Positions 27,001 through 42,000 of a stretch of DNA of 64,000 bases are shown piece by piece (within the stretch, counting starts at the first letter, position 1; each line of letters starts with the position of its first letter). Location of the stretch: positions 466,882 through 530,881 of the forward strand of contig NMRA01000279.1 of assembly GCA_002633005.1 (NCBI GenBank). Reading direction: 5' to 3'. Below the pieces are notes generated by a model, which saw only the letters and a program-made list of their open reading frames with translations, did not search any database and had not been told where the DNA came from. The position numbers were made by a program, and so were the translations under genes. Source of the DNA: Phoronis australis. Taxonomy: Eukaryota; Animalia; Phoronida.

Positions 27001-30000
27001 AATCTGCTCCAATGAGCATACATTCGTCAACCGTAAAAAAATTTAAAAATGCCGTTATTCCGCCCTACAACATGAGCATGCTATTGAGACATTTCGTACG
27101 CAGAACAACGAAAAGTAGCATCAAGTATGGGACAGTTATCGGTTATGGAACATGTAATTAGTCTATCGTTGATTTTGCTGCATTCCTCAGTGGCTCCAAG
27201 ACATCGCTACATTACTCTTTCCATTTTAAAGAGCGTTTTTCAGACATGCGTTTTCAGTCAATATGCACTGTGACAAATTTCAACATTACATCTGCATTCT
27301 AACGTTACTTACACTCTTCAACGATAAAAAATAGTATTTCAACAAAGGCGCGACTTCCAACTTCACTTGCTAATAACCAGCAAGGATTATTTCACACCTA
27401 CGGCACCCTAAATTTTTCTCAACCTAAGAGTCATGTACAAAGTCATGAAACGTAGATACAGTATAACTTCTAAAGTATACGAGCGCCACATTACGGCGGA
27501 GATGACGGCGGTTTAGTTATAGTAAAAGTCGTCTTAAAACCACTCTGTAGTGTTGCTACCTTTGGTATCCGAAGTTAGCTCAACATGGATGGCGTCAGAA
27601 TCAGTTTCTCTGGCCGCAAATGCCACAAACGCCGTGGCTCTGGTGTCACCAACTCTTCCTGTACGGCCTTGCAGTTGAAAGTTACTTCCGCCCTTCTCAA
27701 GGATTAGGTCGTACTGGCCAAGTCCGTTAAACGTGTAGCACTGTTTGTCCAGTGTGCATACATGAGGTTCACCGCGACCGAAACCTGGCAAACGGGTGAT
27801 ACAATGGTGCTCAGTAATTATTGCTTCCAACAACGATTGCACAATACACATCTCATTAAGAATAACATTAATGCCAAGTCTTTCCAGAATGCCCTTGCAC
27901 TAAGGAAACAACCCAACGAGCTGGAACGACATTGGCGGCGTTTTTACAGTTAGAGAGTTGAGGGACACCGCCCAATCATCCAGAATGAAACCGAGCTATC
28001 AAATCAGAGAACGTAATCCTAAATTTTCCAAAACAAAAAATCACAATATGAGGAGGGGGGGGGGGGCGGTGTCTCTCCGCCAATACACATAGTAAACCGA
28101 AGGTGTTTTTTATTTTCAGTCATGCAGGTGAAATGCAACGGGGAATAACTTGGGAAATATAGCTGTGACAAGCTCGAAAATACGCAATCAGCAGATAGCA
28201 CGCCCGCGTGAATGTGTAAACATCGTCGCACATGTCAAAAGCGGGACATCTTAATGTTTGTGGAAGCAGGACGAAGCTTCAAAAAGCAGGACTGTCACGA
28301 CAAAAACGGAACAGTTGGCAACGTTGTTGATGGGGAGGATCATGTATATCCCATAGTGTTCCAACCGTAACAAGTTCAAGCTGCCGCTGCTGCTAAATCC
28401 ACCTTTGCGCTTCACAAAACAACGTTGGATTCAGATCACTTCCCGCTACAAAATGGTGGCAGCTTCTTCAATATGCACACTCGGCTGAAGAATGATTTCT
28501 GAGTTATGGAAGATTTGAAAATTCAATGCTACTTGAGACCGCTCTATCGGTGCATAACATGACTCGACTTTATCGATCCGGCAATAGGAACTATCAGTTC
28601 TTTCCTAGATTGCGAATCGTCTGAGACCAGCGCCCGCAGTCTTAATCTTAGTACTCGACATCGGATTCGAAACAAATTTTTACACTTTGCGTGATACTCT
28701 ATTAAGAATTCAAATAAGTGCCTATTATTTCGTGCTCACATGGATGACTATCTAATGCTAATTTGCATTTATGACTCCAGCATTATAGCTTGGGTATGTG
28801 TCTGTTAAATCAGGAAGCAAAATGTACAAACTAATTTTGAGTTCAATTTTTTGTTATGGAAGCTCTGTTTCTTGCTACAGGATTCAACACGATTGCAACA
28901 CAAGTTGGAAGGTTTGCTTGACATGAACATATGTGTTCAGCCATGTCATGGACCGAAGGTCCCGTACCCAAACCTTTCTACTCTTCATTACAAATGCATT
29001 CTTTCTCTTGGCGCAATTATGGTGCAGATTCCTAGGACTTTATACAATTTTTTCACTCTAGACACTTATTGAAAATCATTTGATCGCTCCGTGCTTAGGC
29101 AAATTACAAAATGAAGTCGGGTCAGCAACACGACGGCCGAAAAACATAGCATTATCTGTAGTTACCAAATATCGGCAGCAGGAACCTAGAACCATCCATA
29201 ATGGGTCGCCTCTCATGGAACAGCTCACACGTATCTACATCTTTGTTTCCGCAGCACCATTTGAACGGTTGTAAGTCATCCTGTTTGTATTTCTTCTTAG
29301 TCCTCCCCTTGTACTTATGATATCTTGATGCGAAACCGGCATTGGGAGAGCTCGTCACTAAGGCACCGAACTCGTCATAGCAACACGACTGGAAAAAAGG
29401 CAGACGAGATGCTTCCTCTAAGAACGGTTAAATACCAATATTACTATACGAAGATCAAAATGCCGAACATTCATTAGGCTAAAACGAAATAACCTACGAT
29501 TTAAAGTGTTCCCTTCAGACATTCGTTTTTTACACCAGGCCGTGTTGAAGATAAAATTATCACTGTCATATACTCACATATCCTAATGCAGACCCAGCCC
29601 TCAAACGGAACTTGTAGTAGTAACAGAAACTTGTTCTCACGTCTTCATCGGAAATTGAACGAAATTGTCTAGAGCTGATGAATCGTTCATCAGGCGGACA
29701 ATCTTGAAACGAAGGGAGTTGAATCGTCTCGGCCGTTGCAGCCCAAGTCAGACACTTGCTCCGATCATTGTTGGAGTCTTCTGATGTATCGTCTAGGCGA
29801 TGGACCCACTTACCATCAAGAACTAAGAAGAAATGGACAAACCGTAAATACTTGACCGCTAAATACTCGGGTCACAGGAGAAACACTTACCCTCATGACA
29901 GACTAATCTGTATGTAACCAACCACAATGCAATGTAAGTAAAACCAAAAGTTCTTACGATTTTTAAAGAAAACATAAAATGGTGCGTTATGAAATCCATC

Positions 30001-33000
30001 ACAAACTGATCTCCGATCCATTGCACTGAACTCTAAGGAGTTCAATAACTGAAAACACAGAACAGTTTTTCTAATACAATGCGACACTAGTTTCACTTAG
30101 AATATATTAGAGACACTTCTTAAGCGGTTACACGTCATTACACCAAAGGCTCACTATTACGAGGCGGAGGGTTCACTGCTCCTAAAGTTCACTTCTCCTG
30201 AAGTTCACTACTCTGAATGTTTACTAGTCCAAATGTCCACTACTGCGCAGGTTTACTTCTCTGAATGTCTACCAATGAGACTGCACTGATATACATAATA
30301 GCATTTGAGTTCATTTAATTATGAGTGGCAGAGACATGGTTACGAATTGCCAAACGGTTCATAATAAACAAGAATCTTTATGCATGTTGCAATGTGCTTA
30401 ATAAACGCGTAGTTTTACTTAATCAACGCGTATTTTTGGTTATCAACGCGTTGAATTTCTTCTCAAACGATCATCGTTATGCTCTTATTCAACGCGCACT
30501 TTTGCTTAATCAACTCGTACTTTTTTATCAGTTCATACGTGTAACCCAATCACGCCCTTACTCTTAAGTCTCAAAATAGCAAAAGACTTTCTACGTGGGT
30601 GCAAGGCAACCTTTGAAAAATGTTGTAGATTCTTATGTAGTGACCACGGAAAGGATGGCGCCGTTATATACTGACAGTATTACTAAACTTGTCTTTGATT
30701 GGACATAACGAATAACTAATTCAGCGCGTTGATTAAGTAAAACTAGGCGTTGATATGCATGAATTAAGCAAAACTACGCTTTGATTAAGCACATTTAAAT
30801 GCGCAGAAATATACTCGTTTAGAGCCATTTGGCGCTTCATACAAGTCAGTCTATCACGCGGAGTTTCGATTCAGCCATGGGTTTGGTTCCGGTTCGGTGG
30901 GTGAGATTAGTGCACAGCGGATGAATTTCTCGGTCGTGCTGTGAAATGATGCGTTCAGGATATGGATTTGTTGAATGTACCGTGATTTATTAATCATTAA
31001 TATTCCTAATTCACAGGCCTTAACTTTCATAAAAATGCAAGCACGAATTCATTTTTCTACATCAAAAATAACACCTTGAAGCACTATTTCGCATGCGCAG
31101 GAGGTCCAAACAAAGTGATTTAGTTAGTACACGGCTGTTACTTCGGTAGGTACTCCACTGTGTATAATAACCAAAATATCATGAAGTAATTGCACCCGAT
31201 ACCGAAATGTTATATTTTTTCTCTGCAGTATACCCCCGATGTAATTAATCCTTGGAGCTCCGGTCTGTTCACGTTAAAGCTACGTGTTGCGTTTACACAA
31301 AAAAACATTCACTAGTACATGTTTTGGACTAGTTGATCCGGTTCTATAACTGGGCAATAGACACGGTGGTCCAAAAGTATACGTAGCATATACATGTATT
31401 TCATCCTAAACATTTCTCGCGAAAATGCACTATTTCTCACAAACATTTTTAAGTCTGGTCTTCACGACACCTGCTGACCACATCACTGTGACCTATACTT
31501 CTACGCCGGTTCAAGATTTAAATATTCACATGTATCACTGTTAGTACATGTAAATATGAGAACGTTAACACATTTTCTCACCTGCACCGCTGCTGGTCTT
31601 AAAGTTGCCTGGTATTTCGTTGATGAAGTACATGAAGTACGTGCCAGAATACGAGGGTGCTTCAACCGTTTCTCCTGACCGGAAGTCCTTGTATCCGGCA
31701 TACACACTTCCCCGTCCAAAGTAACGAATTATTTCGTCATAGTTGTATAGTACGAACGACATGAGACCGTTCGTCACCAAAACAGCCTGGTAAGTGTATC
31801 TCTGAAAAAATCAACACGCACATGAATCGCGGGTACCAAAGCGCCTAAAATTAATTTGATGGCGAAGAAAAAAGTCCTTATGAGAAGCTTATTTATGCGG
31901 TACCAATCAGCTATTGCAAACAACGTCAACATTTCGCACTTGCACCATTGTTCTACTGCAAAACATCATTCATTGAGTCGACTTAATGATCGTGATTAGA
32001 CAGGGGCGACTGCCAAATAGCCGCTAAAATCAAAAGCGAATGAATGTAAAATATGTAATGCAGACGGTGGAATTATAAATAATAAAATGATTTATTTACA
32101 GCACCAGCATTACCTTTAATGTAAAGTAGTCAGAAAGCACTTTTTATCGAGTTTCAGCGTGAGTTATCAACACTTTCACAAATACAATTGACCTTATTCC
32201 AATTGTAAAACAGTTCAGATAAATCTAATGCAATGATTTAAAAACACGGAAAGAGGGAAGAAAAATGGTGCGTAAAATCGCAGCTGAATTTCATATGATT
32301 CTGTTCGGACCATTATACTAGACGTTACATTTTGACAGCTGAAGCCGACCCCTCGAAACGTTTGAAGATTGTTTAAATGATATGCTGCAAATGAAAATAG
32401 GCACAGCAAAATGGCTGAACAACATTACAGAGTCTGAGGCCTTCTCTGAAAATGTACGTAGTCTACACGGTGAGCAACAGCGAAATTCTAACTTTAGCAC
32501 TGCAATTCTAAAATGTTTTTGTTAGCACTTTTGGGACACCTACAGGCGTGGTCGCGTAAAACCATAGATGAAAAGCAGTTAACCGAGTGCAGTGTTCAAG
32601 TTCTAAAAGTTGTTACCTGGCATAATATTCTGCATGGACGTTCCTTCATGTTCCTCCAGGTTACAATCAAGACCCAGTTGGCATTGAAATCTGTCAAGTC
32701 GAAGTTACTTCTCACGTCCCTAGTAGCGTTGGCCAAAATGTCTTTGTCGTATTCCGAGTTTCTCGAAGATCGGACAATTTCCAGGTAGGACATGGAGGCT
32801 AATTGATCAACTCTTTGCCTACGCCAGAATGGAGCCAAAAACGTTTTACGCAAACTTTTAAAAGATCTCGGAAATCCACCACTGATGCGGTTGCTCATAC
32901 CGATCACGCCGTCCCGTTTCACCTATTAAGAAAGTCAAAAGAAAACCTCTGAGAGATTCAGCATAGGCCTTACGAACAAAAATCGCAACAGGAGTTCATA

Positions 33001-36000
33001 AAAATCTACATTTCTGTTCTTTGAAGACTACTCCTCTCACTAGGATTGCTACACTATCTGTACACTGTACAGTCAGTTATCTAGGATTATAGACACCAAC
33101 CGTATATGTCACCACATCCTCCCCTCACCATGCCCAATGCCCAAGAGCACGAAAAGAACTTCACGCAAACAATTTAGCCCCTGGCAGTACAAAAAAGACA
33201 TCGAAGTCCAATAAGCACGCCAGGAAAGCTCACGAGTGAGCAGTCACGCTCGTATGCAAATTTTGTTTATGTAGCATCAGTGTTGTCCATTTACATTATG
33301 AATCGACGGAAATTTGATGACGGCGGCTCACTCTTATTGATTATGTTAAACTTCGTCCTATTAGTCAAGGGATGTGCAGTTCACCCCATTACGCAACAGA
33401 TTTTCAAGAGTATCGCTAAAACTGCATTTCGCCATGTTTAGAAGCTTAAAGCGAACATCGAATCAAGTATCTTACTCTAATGGTATTGTACTTATGATCT
33501 CCCTTACTTCGATACGATTATATTTCTCTAACGAACACAAGTCACGGAAAAAAACGCACATCATGGGGGGCGCACCATAGGGGGCTTGCTATAGCCCCCA
33601 CTTTTTTCAATGCTGCGCCGCCCATGGTCTATGAGCACTGCACCACAGGGGGCTGGGGGGCTCTAGCCCCACCTTTTTCAGTGCTGCGCCGCCAATGCAC
33701 ATACACCATTTTCTTGGCCAACTTTGCAAACACTGGCATTTTCTTGAGTCGTAGATGATTCACATGTTCTCGTTGATGGCGGAAATACAATCCTGTCATG
33801 GTAACAAACATCATGATACTGGCGTGCGTTCAGTAGACGCTAGGACCTACGCTACTACCTATGCTAGGACCTAGCTAAAACCTAGTCAAAGTCACGTGTT
33901 CTCACAAAAATATACTGCAATATCTCACGTAATCTCGCGAAGTCTTGCTTTTTAGCGAGGTCCTAGCGTTAGTGAACGGGAGGCTGGTTTTATAGGAGTA
34001 AAACGCCAAATTCAGTTTTCGTGGTGACTTCAATGGAAATAAACGGATGTAATTTCATCTTAGTAGTTCGCTAACATAACTCGGGGAAATTTTAGGGGTG
34101 CACTCTGCCCCTTGGCCACCCTATATCCGCCACTGGAACCAATGGGAATTTCTTTAACAATGGAATGGAACTTGCGTGACCACTGTCAGACACTTCATGA
34201 GTTGTTTAATCATTACCTGAATGTCAAAGTGAGACGTGCCAAACATATTGAAACCTCCGACGTACGACAAGTCGGGAAGAGTAAGCCATTTCGAGCGACT
34301 GAAGATGTTTTCCTCCCTGGTGTCCACACCATAGAGGTTTCCTCGCGGACCAACAACTGAAACGAAAAAGTCTCATTTACGGAATGACCTAGCACTTGGG
34401 GGTGTATTCGGAACCTAAACGACTACTCTTTTCAGACAAAATGCTAGACTTAGTCAATAAATCACAGCTACATTTCTGAACAAAAAGAACGTAAATGTAA
34501 AGTTATCTATAATACTAAAATGTTTTACTGCAGTCCGACTATTACCCTACTGGTTACATATTTGCTATATGTGCGTACATTGTTCACAGTTTTTTCCCGC
34601 AAATCCTCGAAGGCAGTCACATTTGTAGGATGGCACGAGATCAACACATTCGCCGCCGTTCAGGCAAAGTGGAGTTTCCGATACACAATCGTCTATGTCT
34701 GCAAACAGAAAAAATAAAATGTAGCTCAGCAGATTCTTTCAATTTAAAGACATGGCAACGATTTATTTTGGCAAACTGGATCCAAGAAGTAGACTGAAGT
34801 TCTAAGGATTTCATATTGCTTTACAGTCAACATCCGCGCAGCCATGATCTGTACGAACGACCACGGTGCTTAACTGAGTACTCTGATAACAGCACGCGTC
34901 GAGTGCAGTTTACAATTTTGGGCGATACGATCCAACATTTCGATTCACCACTAAACATAAGCTATATTAGGCCTTGATGTAAGCCGTACTGTAGCGCAAA
35001 AAATATTGTGTCGTTTACAGGGAGATAAATTGCGCTGGTGTGTTCTAGTATCTACAGATAGAAAGCAACTGTTACAACATAGCGCCCATGAATGTTACAT
35101 CTGTCCTGCGCAGCTGCCGAGATCTTAGCACCACCTAGTACAAGATTTTGGACCTGCGAATGTTCCAAACAATACTACAATATTACATGATTGACGGATA
35201 TTTAAAATTAAACAGGGTCAAATTTTAAGCTTATCAATTCATACTTGAACACGTTAAGGGAATTCCAGTCCAATTTCCATCAGGGCCACAGGTACGAGTA
35301 ATATTACCACCAGACTGTTCATATCCAAGGATACAAGAGTACGTTGCAGTATCTTCGTACAGAGAACCCGTGAAGTTGACGTATGAAAATACGTTAAAAT
35401 AAGGTGAGCCGCAGCTGATTCCTGCAAAAAAAAAATGAGCACATGTCTATGAACGAATGTCGTTGCTTACAAGTCAGGGTTTACTCTCTTGAAGAAGCAA
35501 ACTTGGTTGAAGGCACGAATGTACCGTTTGTTAGGCAGCTTAATATATACTCGCTCGACGTTTCTATCTTCAGGGGTGCAGTTATGAAGTAAAACACCAA
35601 GAGACATATCAGACAAACAAGTTGAAGCGTTTTGAAGAACTGTGTTTGAAGCATAGTGACTGAAAGTATCATGTGAATCCGAGCAGCCATTCTGAGATAC
35701 GGTGTTCCAAATCTGGTCAAAATTGGAATTTTTCTAGGGTCTTACATAAGTTTAAAACTTACTTGAGCACTCCAAAGGTCTTCCACTCCACTGTTTGTCG
35801 GCCTCACATATGCGTGTGGAGTTACCACCGGAAGGTTTGAATCCGGCGTTGCACGAGTAGCTGGCAATGTCTTCAAACAGATTAGTGGACGACGCAACTG
35901 TTGAATCAGCATTGGAACTGGGGGGTGGGCACTGCACTCCTGTGGACAATTTGCATAGTTTACATAAGTGGGCACGAAGCATTGGATACATCTTAATTAC

Positions 36001-39000
36001 GAGAACGCTTCAGACGCTCGAAAATACGTGTGTTATTTATCACGACCCTTTCTGTCCGCTCGCACGTTGGGCAAGCAGTCATTATTCTGTAGTTATCATG
36101 TTCGACTACAGAACTTATGGATTCAAGCAATGGTGACAGTACACAGCCCACATATCTGTTTGTTTGCATAAGATTTGTGTGTTCAACGAATTTGATGTGA
36201 AACCAAAAGAACTTATATACCAAAAGCAAGCCTTACTTCCGCATTCCAAAGCAGTCCCAGTCCATACCCCGTTTACGCCGCACACTCGCTCACTACTGCC
36301 GCCCGATCGCTCATACCCTGAACTACACACGTAGTTGACAGTGTCCTCGAACAGGTTTGTACTTGACGTGACCGTTGAGTTAGGTTTGACATCAGGGTTA
36401 CCACAACTCACACCTGGAAAATAGGGAAACGGAGCCTGTAAAATTAAAATCTTTTTTGTTAGTTCTGGAAACTTTCGTCACGTGCGAGTTACGTCAAGGG
36501 GATGACATCTGTGGAAAAAAATTACTCACCATCGGCGTTGAATTTCTCAAATGCATTACGGGACTGTTATCGGATCGTCGGGCTATCTTCGTAGATGGAT
36601 AGAATTAGCCAGTAAAGCTGATGTGATTGCTAGCTTAGCTTGTGATGCAAAGTCATAAGTACTGTTGCGTTTTCACGCATTCCTTTGGTCTGCGGCACGC
36701 AGGTCCGGCGTTTCATCTCCACTGAGTGTGATTGGAGGGCGAGTGTTTCAAGAGTCTTTCGTACAAGAGATTTGATTTGATTAATTTGTCATTCAGTTCA
36801 TATTTTCATGTGGTTGTTATTTAGTAATACTCGCACTAAAAAGCATGTTGCAGCTGCTCACACCCAGCCTTTAGTATGGGAGGGGGGGTTCGAATTTCTG
36901 ACGGTGTGGACCTTTTGCTGACAAAAGAAGCGGGAGGACGAAAAAAACGAAGCACCTCCTTTAGAACTGGGAACGTTGCGTCGGCGCCTTTTTAGTGGAC
37001 TTTTGACTCGTTTTCTGGGACTTTTTGTTTCTCTGTGGCGAACCTGTTTGCCCATTTCGCCAAATGGGGGGCTCGTTCGAGCAACCCTAGGTGCGAGCAT
37101 GTGCAGTAGATTCTTACATGCTTTCAGATTTCTCTGATATCATCGGAAGTTTCGAGGCGACAACCGCCCTATAATACATTCCAAAATGACTGCAGTGTCC
37201 TAGATGAAATCCTTCGAATTGTTCACCATGACAAGCCACTTACGTTTGCACTTGATAGCGCTACCCGTCCACATTCCTTTAGCGTCACAGACACGTGTTG
37301 CGTTGCCACCTGACATAGTGAATCCGGCCACACATTGGTACCTGGCAGTGTCATTGAATAAGTTGTTGGAGGATGAATAGGTGGAATTAGGTAGCACACT
37401 CGGCTCGCCGCAGCTGATACCTAGTAAGAAAAAAAGACATAATTAAAAGAGAACTTACAAACCGGATGAAAACATCATATTTCTTGACATGTAGATTGAA
37501 TTTTTTATTATAATCTAATGTTATGCAGTAAGTTAACCAGTTACTCGTACAAAAGTGTTTGTGGAAACCTCCTTTAATTGTCTCAGGTGATAACTGTAAC
37601 ACTCATTCTAAGCGTTACGACGAGCGAGAACGCAAGTCCAGCATTGCAAATTTGAAACTCAGAGGATTTGGCTACAAAATTTCCGTACGTGAGCACTGTA
37701 GCGCAGTCCCCGTCCACAACTTGTCAGCGCCGCACGAGCGCTTGTAGTTACCGCCTGACCGCACGTATCCAAGGTCACACGTGTAATTAGCAACGCCCTC
37801 GAATAAATTTGTGCTCGTTTTGTAGGTTGTATTCGCATAGACCTCAGGGTCCTCGCAGCTTACTCCTGAAACATTGGTATACAACGACTGAATTATCACT
37901 CAAACTTGCACAGGGGATGACGTACTGTGGGGCACTCGACGGAATCGAGTCACTAACCCGCCCGAACGTTTTAAGAGTTTAGTCAACTGTCAGGACATGA
38001 GTTTAAAACTTGATAATGGAGTTGGTGTATGATGCGCAGGAAGTGTTTAATTTTGTTTTATTTCCAATATAACTATGCTTTTACCTCGAGAGGAAATTTC
38101 AAGTAATTGTTTGACAAAACTCTTTCCACTGATTGTTGTTGAGTACCATACTGTGTTTGACACAAGGCAACCAACACGCTGTTTCGTCCTAGCTAGGCGC
38201 AGGGACATTTAAACTCTTGTACAGTGAGTACAGCTCTCCAAATATGTGCATATATGAATCTCCACTGACTACCGGAAGTAAAATACAACATGGCCGATAG
38301 ACCTACACAAAAGTTAAGCTGACATGTTTGCACCTCATTAGTATACGTATGTAAGAGAGCAGCAGCCATAAGCGAGAAATTCCGCACAGAACCGAATTTT
38401 GGCGTTTTTAAAATGTTTATCACGCAATGTACAAAAATGGAGTTACTAGGCCAAGAAAACTCTAGGACTGAAGCATTACATTTGGGCAAAGAAAGCACCA
38501 TATCTGGTCGTGGACAAAAAATACATTCTCTGTACTGAGCATGTCAAAAAGTGTAGTCATCTGCAAGGACTCACAATGCAACATTTTGTTAAAACTAGTT
38601 GGGAAAACCAATCGCTCTCACCCGAGAATTTTACGCTTGACAGGGCGGCACGAGGACACCACGGATGGCAACTAGATAATTATCTTCTTAGATTTGAAAT
38701 ATCAAATAGAATAATCAGCACTTTTTCACGTACTTGCGCATACAATCGCCATTCCTGACCAGTCTCCCTTCTCGTCACAGATGCGCGTTACGTTACCACC
38801 TGACTGCTCAAAGCCAGGATCACACGAGTAACTTGCAGTGTCATTAGTATTGCCATACGTGAACTTTGAATTGGGACCAATGTCGGGTATTCCACACTTT
38901 ATCTTTATACCTGAAAGAAGGAATCGTATTGTCATAATAAGAATCTGCAAGTGCTAGAATGTATTGGTGATCCGTTTTCACATCTAGTCTACCTCTTCAA

Positions 39001-42000
39001 ACCTCTTTTGAACTTAGCACACACCTTGGCAGGTAAGTGGCGTCCCGGTCCACAAACCATCAGCACCACAGACACGAGTCACGTTACCATCAGTCCGTTG
39101 GTATCCTGAGACGCAATCATAGCTGGCGATGTCCTCATACAAGTTCGTGCTTGATGTCACAGTGGTATTGGCATTTGTAGCAGGTACGCCGCAACTAACC
39201 CCTGAAATCATACACGTACGTTGAACTCTGAACATGTTGTCTATAAATGTCAAACATACGTACACTTGTACCATGCCGTAATATTCGATACGTATACGGA
39301 ACGCGCATAGACTACGGAAGCGATTCGGATGTTTAGTGATGAAGTGTCATGGCAGCAGATGACGCAATTGACCTATCGCCAGGATTTTGAGTGACGGCTT
39401 AAATGACCATTTAGAACTCCTCATTCTTAAGAATAGCGGCTTGGAAACGAAGGTGTGTCAATTGACACACCTTCGTTTCCAAGCCGCTATTTTACCTGAC
39501 GAACAACAGGTTGCCGGGTAAAACTTATTGTTTGTTAGTCGACATTACGCAAGGGGGCAGCGCTAGCGATAGGTCAACTGGCATCCGGAAATAAGAATAG
39601 ACATGGCGTCTCACTGCGTCCAAAACGTCATAATGACGTTATGATAAACATTCCTATATAAATTTGGCTTACTTTTGCACTCCAGTGCAGTTCCAGTCCA
39701 CTCTGCTTGCGCACCACAAGTACGTGTGTGGTTTCCACCTGAACGCTTGTATCCGAGATCACAAGCGTAATTGGCCCTATCCTCAAACAAGCTCAAGCCG
39801 TATGTGACTGTTGAATTTGCGTTGACATCTGGCTTAACGCAGCTTACTCCTTTAAAACAACATGGACAAATTTTTATTACACTGTACATGTAACAAACGT
39901 GAGCTTCCATAACGAGAAGCTAAAACTGTGTTGTCGTCTATTCATTGTAACGGATTTAAACATAGCTAGCATGCATGACAAAATCAACTGTTCTTCTTGA
40001 TGTCTGAAAATTTTGAAATCTGATATATTTTTGCATTTCCATTACAATTGTGTTTGGTAACTGCGTAACTAGAATCCGATGCAACACTTGCTGTGCACAA
40101 AATCTTTCCTGAAGGCAAAAACACATCAGCAAGAAATGTTAACTTGACGAAGTAATGAGAATCAACAAAATGACGACGTTCTCGAAGAAACAAAAATCTG
40201 TTCCACGAACAAAGCGGTTAATACTTACTAGCACAAAACAAGGCCGTTCCGTTCCAAGCACCATCGGCACCACAAGTGCGCACGAAGTCACCGCCCCAAT
40301 GTTCATAACCAATATCGCACGAATAGCTGGCCTTGTCTCCGAATTGTGTGCTAACTGAAGTTACTGTAGTGTTAGCGTTGACGTCGGGATTTCCACAGCT
40401 AACCTCTAAAACCGATGGCATTTACAACGATTGTGAAGTATGTTGAGTGTAAACGTAGGGACTTGGGCTTACTGACTCAGCTAACTGACAGCCCGTTACG
40501 GCTACGACAAAATGCAAGACACGAAGTTCCAGTGTATATTTTAACACTGAATTCAGAAATTGTTGGCTTAGACCCCCACGGCTGTTATTACAAACATTGG
40601 AAAAATGATATTTTCCAACTTCCTCCCTTACTTGTTGGCAGTACTAGCTGCAGGAAGAGTTCATGCTCAACTGATGCTCATTTCAGCAACGTGTATTCAA
40701 GACGCAAAACCGACATCTGCTAATTTTTTGAGTCACACCGAAGGGAAATCCGTATCCAGTAGTTGCCACAACATCGGATTTCAATGAACTGACTTCAAGA
40801 CAGAAATAGAGGAGATTGTTTTCACGGAAAAGGAATCAGCAACGCTTACGTATACATACTTGCTTTTACACAATAAGGTGTACAAAAGTTAGCTTAATAT
40901 TAAGGCTTAGTATCCCTTTTCGCAAAAACTTGATACCAGTTTTTGGGAAGGAAATAGAGCAATTCCATTACCAAAAATTGAAGTCACAATAGTGTAATTA
41001 TTTTCGTTTTTCTTGTGTGCCTGTTATCCAAGGTTGCCTGTTGATTCTATTCAGTGGCAGTGATATGGTCAAATTCGTGCTACACATAGACGACTTCTCG
41101 AATGCTTATGTGGGAATCTGATCAGAAGGACGAACTTGTTGCCATAAACCTGATCTCGTGTTTATATTTTACAAAACCTTGTAGGCGTGTTTTCCGTATT
41201 CAGTGATTGTCTCGTGCGCACAATCTAAACCAAATTTGACAATATCAGCGTCAACGAAATACCCAATATACTATGTCTCAACGGACTTACTGTACTCGTT
41301 TCGTACAAATACAATTCTAAAAGCAAGCCATAAAGTATGTAGTTCCGCACAATAAGTCATCCATAAATACCGCTCTGTCAAGAACCGCAAATGCATATAA
41401 CATTTCCACCAGTCAACACGGCCGTCCCGGAATACACGGCAATGGAAATCTCCTTTGTCCTGGAGATGAGAAAGCAGGTGACCTTGTTTTGGAAACCAGG
41501 CCCATTTTTGGAGCCTTTAATTGATATCGAGAAAGCGAAGAAATTCACATCACGCATCCGCGGGTATTTGTCCAGTTTATTAAACTTTCTCACGTTGGAG
41601 TTGCTGCCCACAGCATAGCAGTAATGTTTTATCAGCACAAGAAGGATGAATGGAGTAATTCAACCAAGAAAACAACTTGTATATGTAATTAGACAATAAC
41701 AAATAACACGTGAAACTCCAATGACATGAAAACGAGGCACCAAATGTGCCTGACAGACGGCATTGTAGGTAAATACAGCGAGATTCAAGTGTCGCTGTGT
41801 AATCCGGGACGGTCATATTCCTATTCATAGCCACAGGAACAAGTTGCCAATGACTCAACGGGAAGTGCCTACATGTATATATTAGCGTGTTTTGCTGTCA
41901 GAAATGTAAAGCCGCATTTTGTCCAAAATTGAAATTCACACTCTACATGAAGTAAGGACCAACGTACTTGTGCATGACAAAGCAGTTCCAGTCCAAGCTC

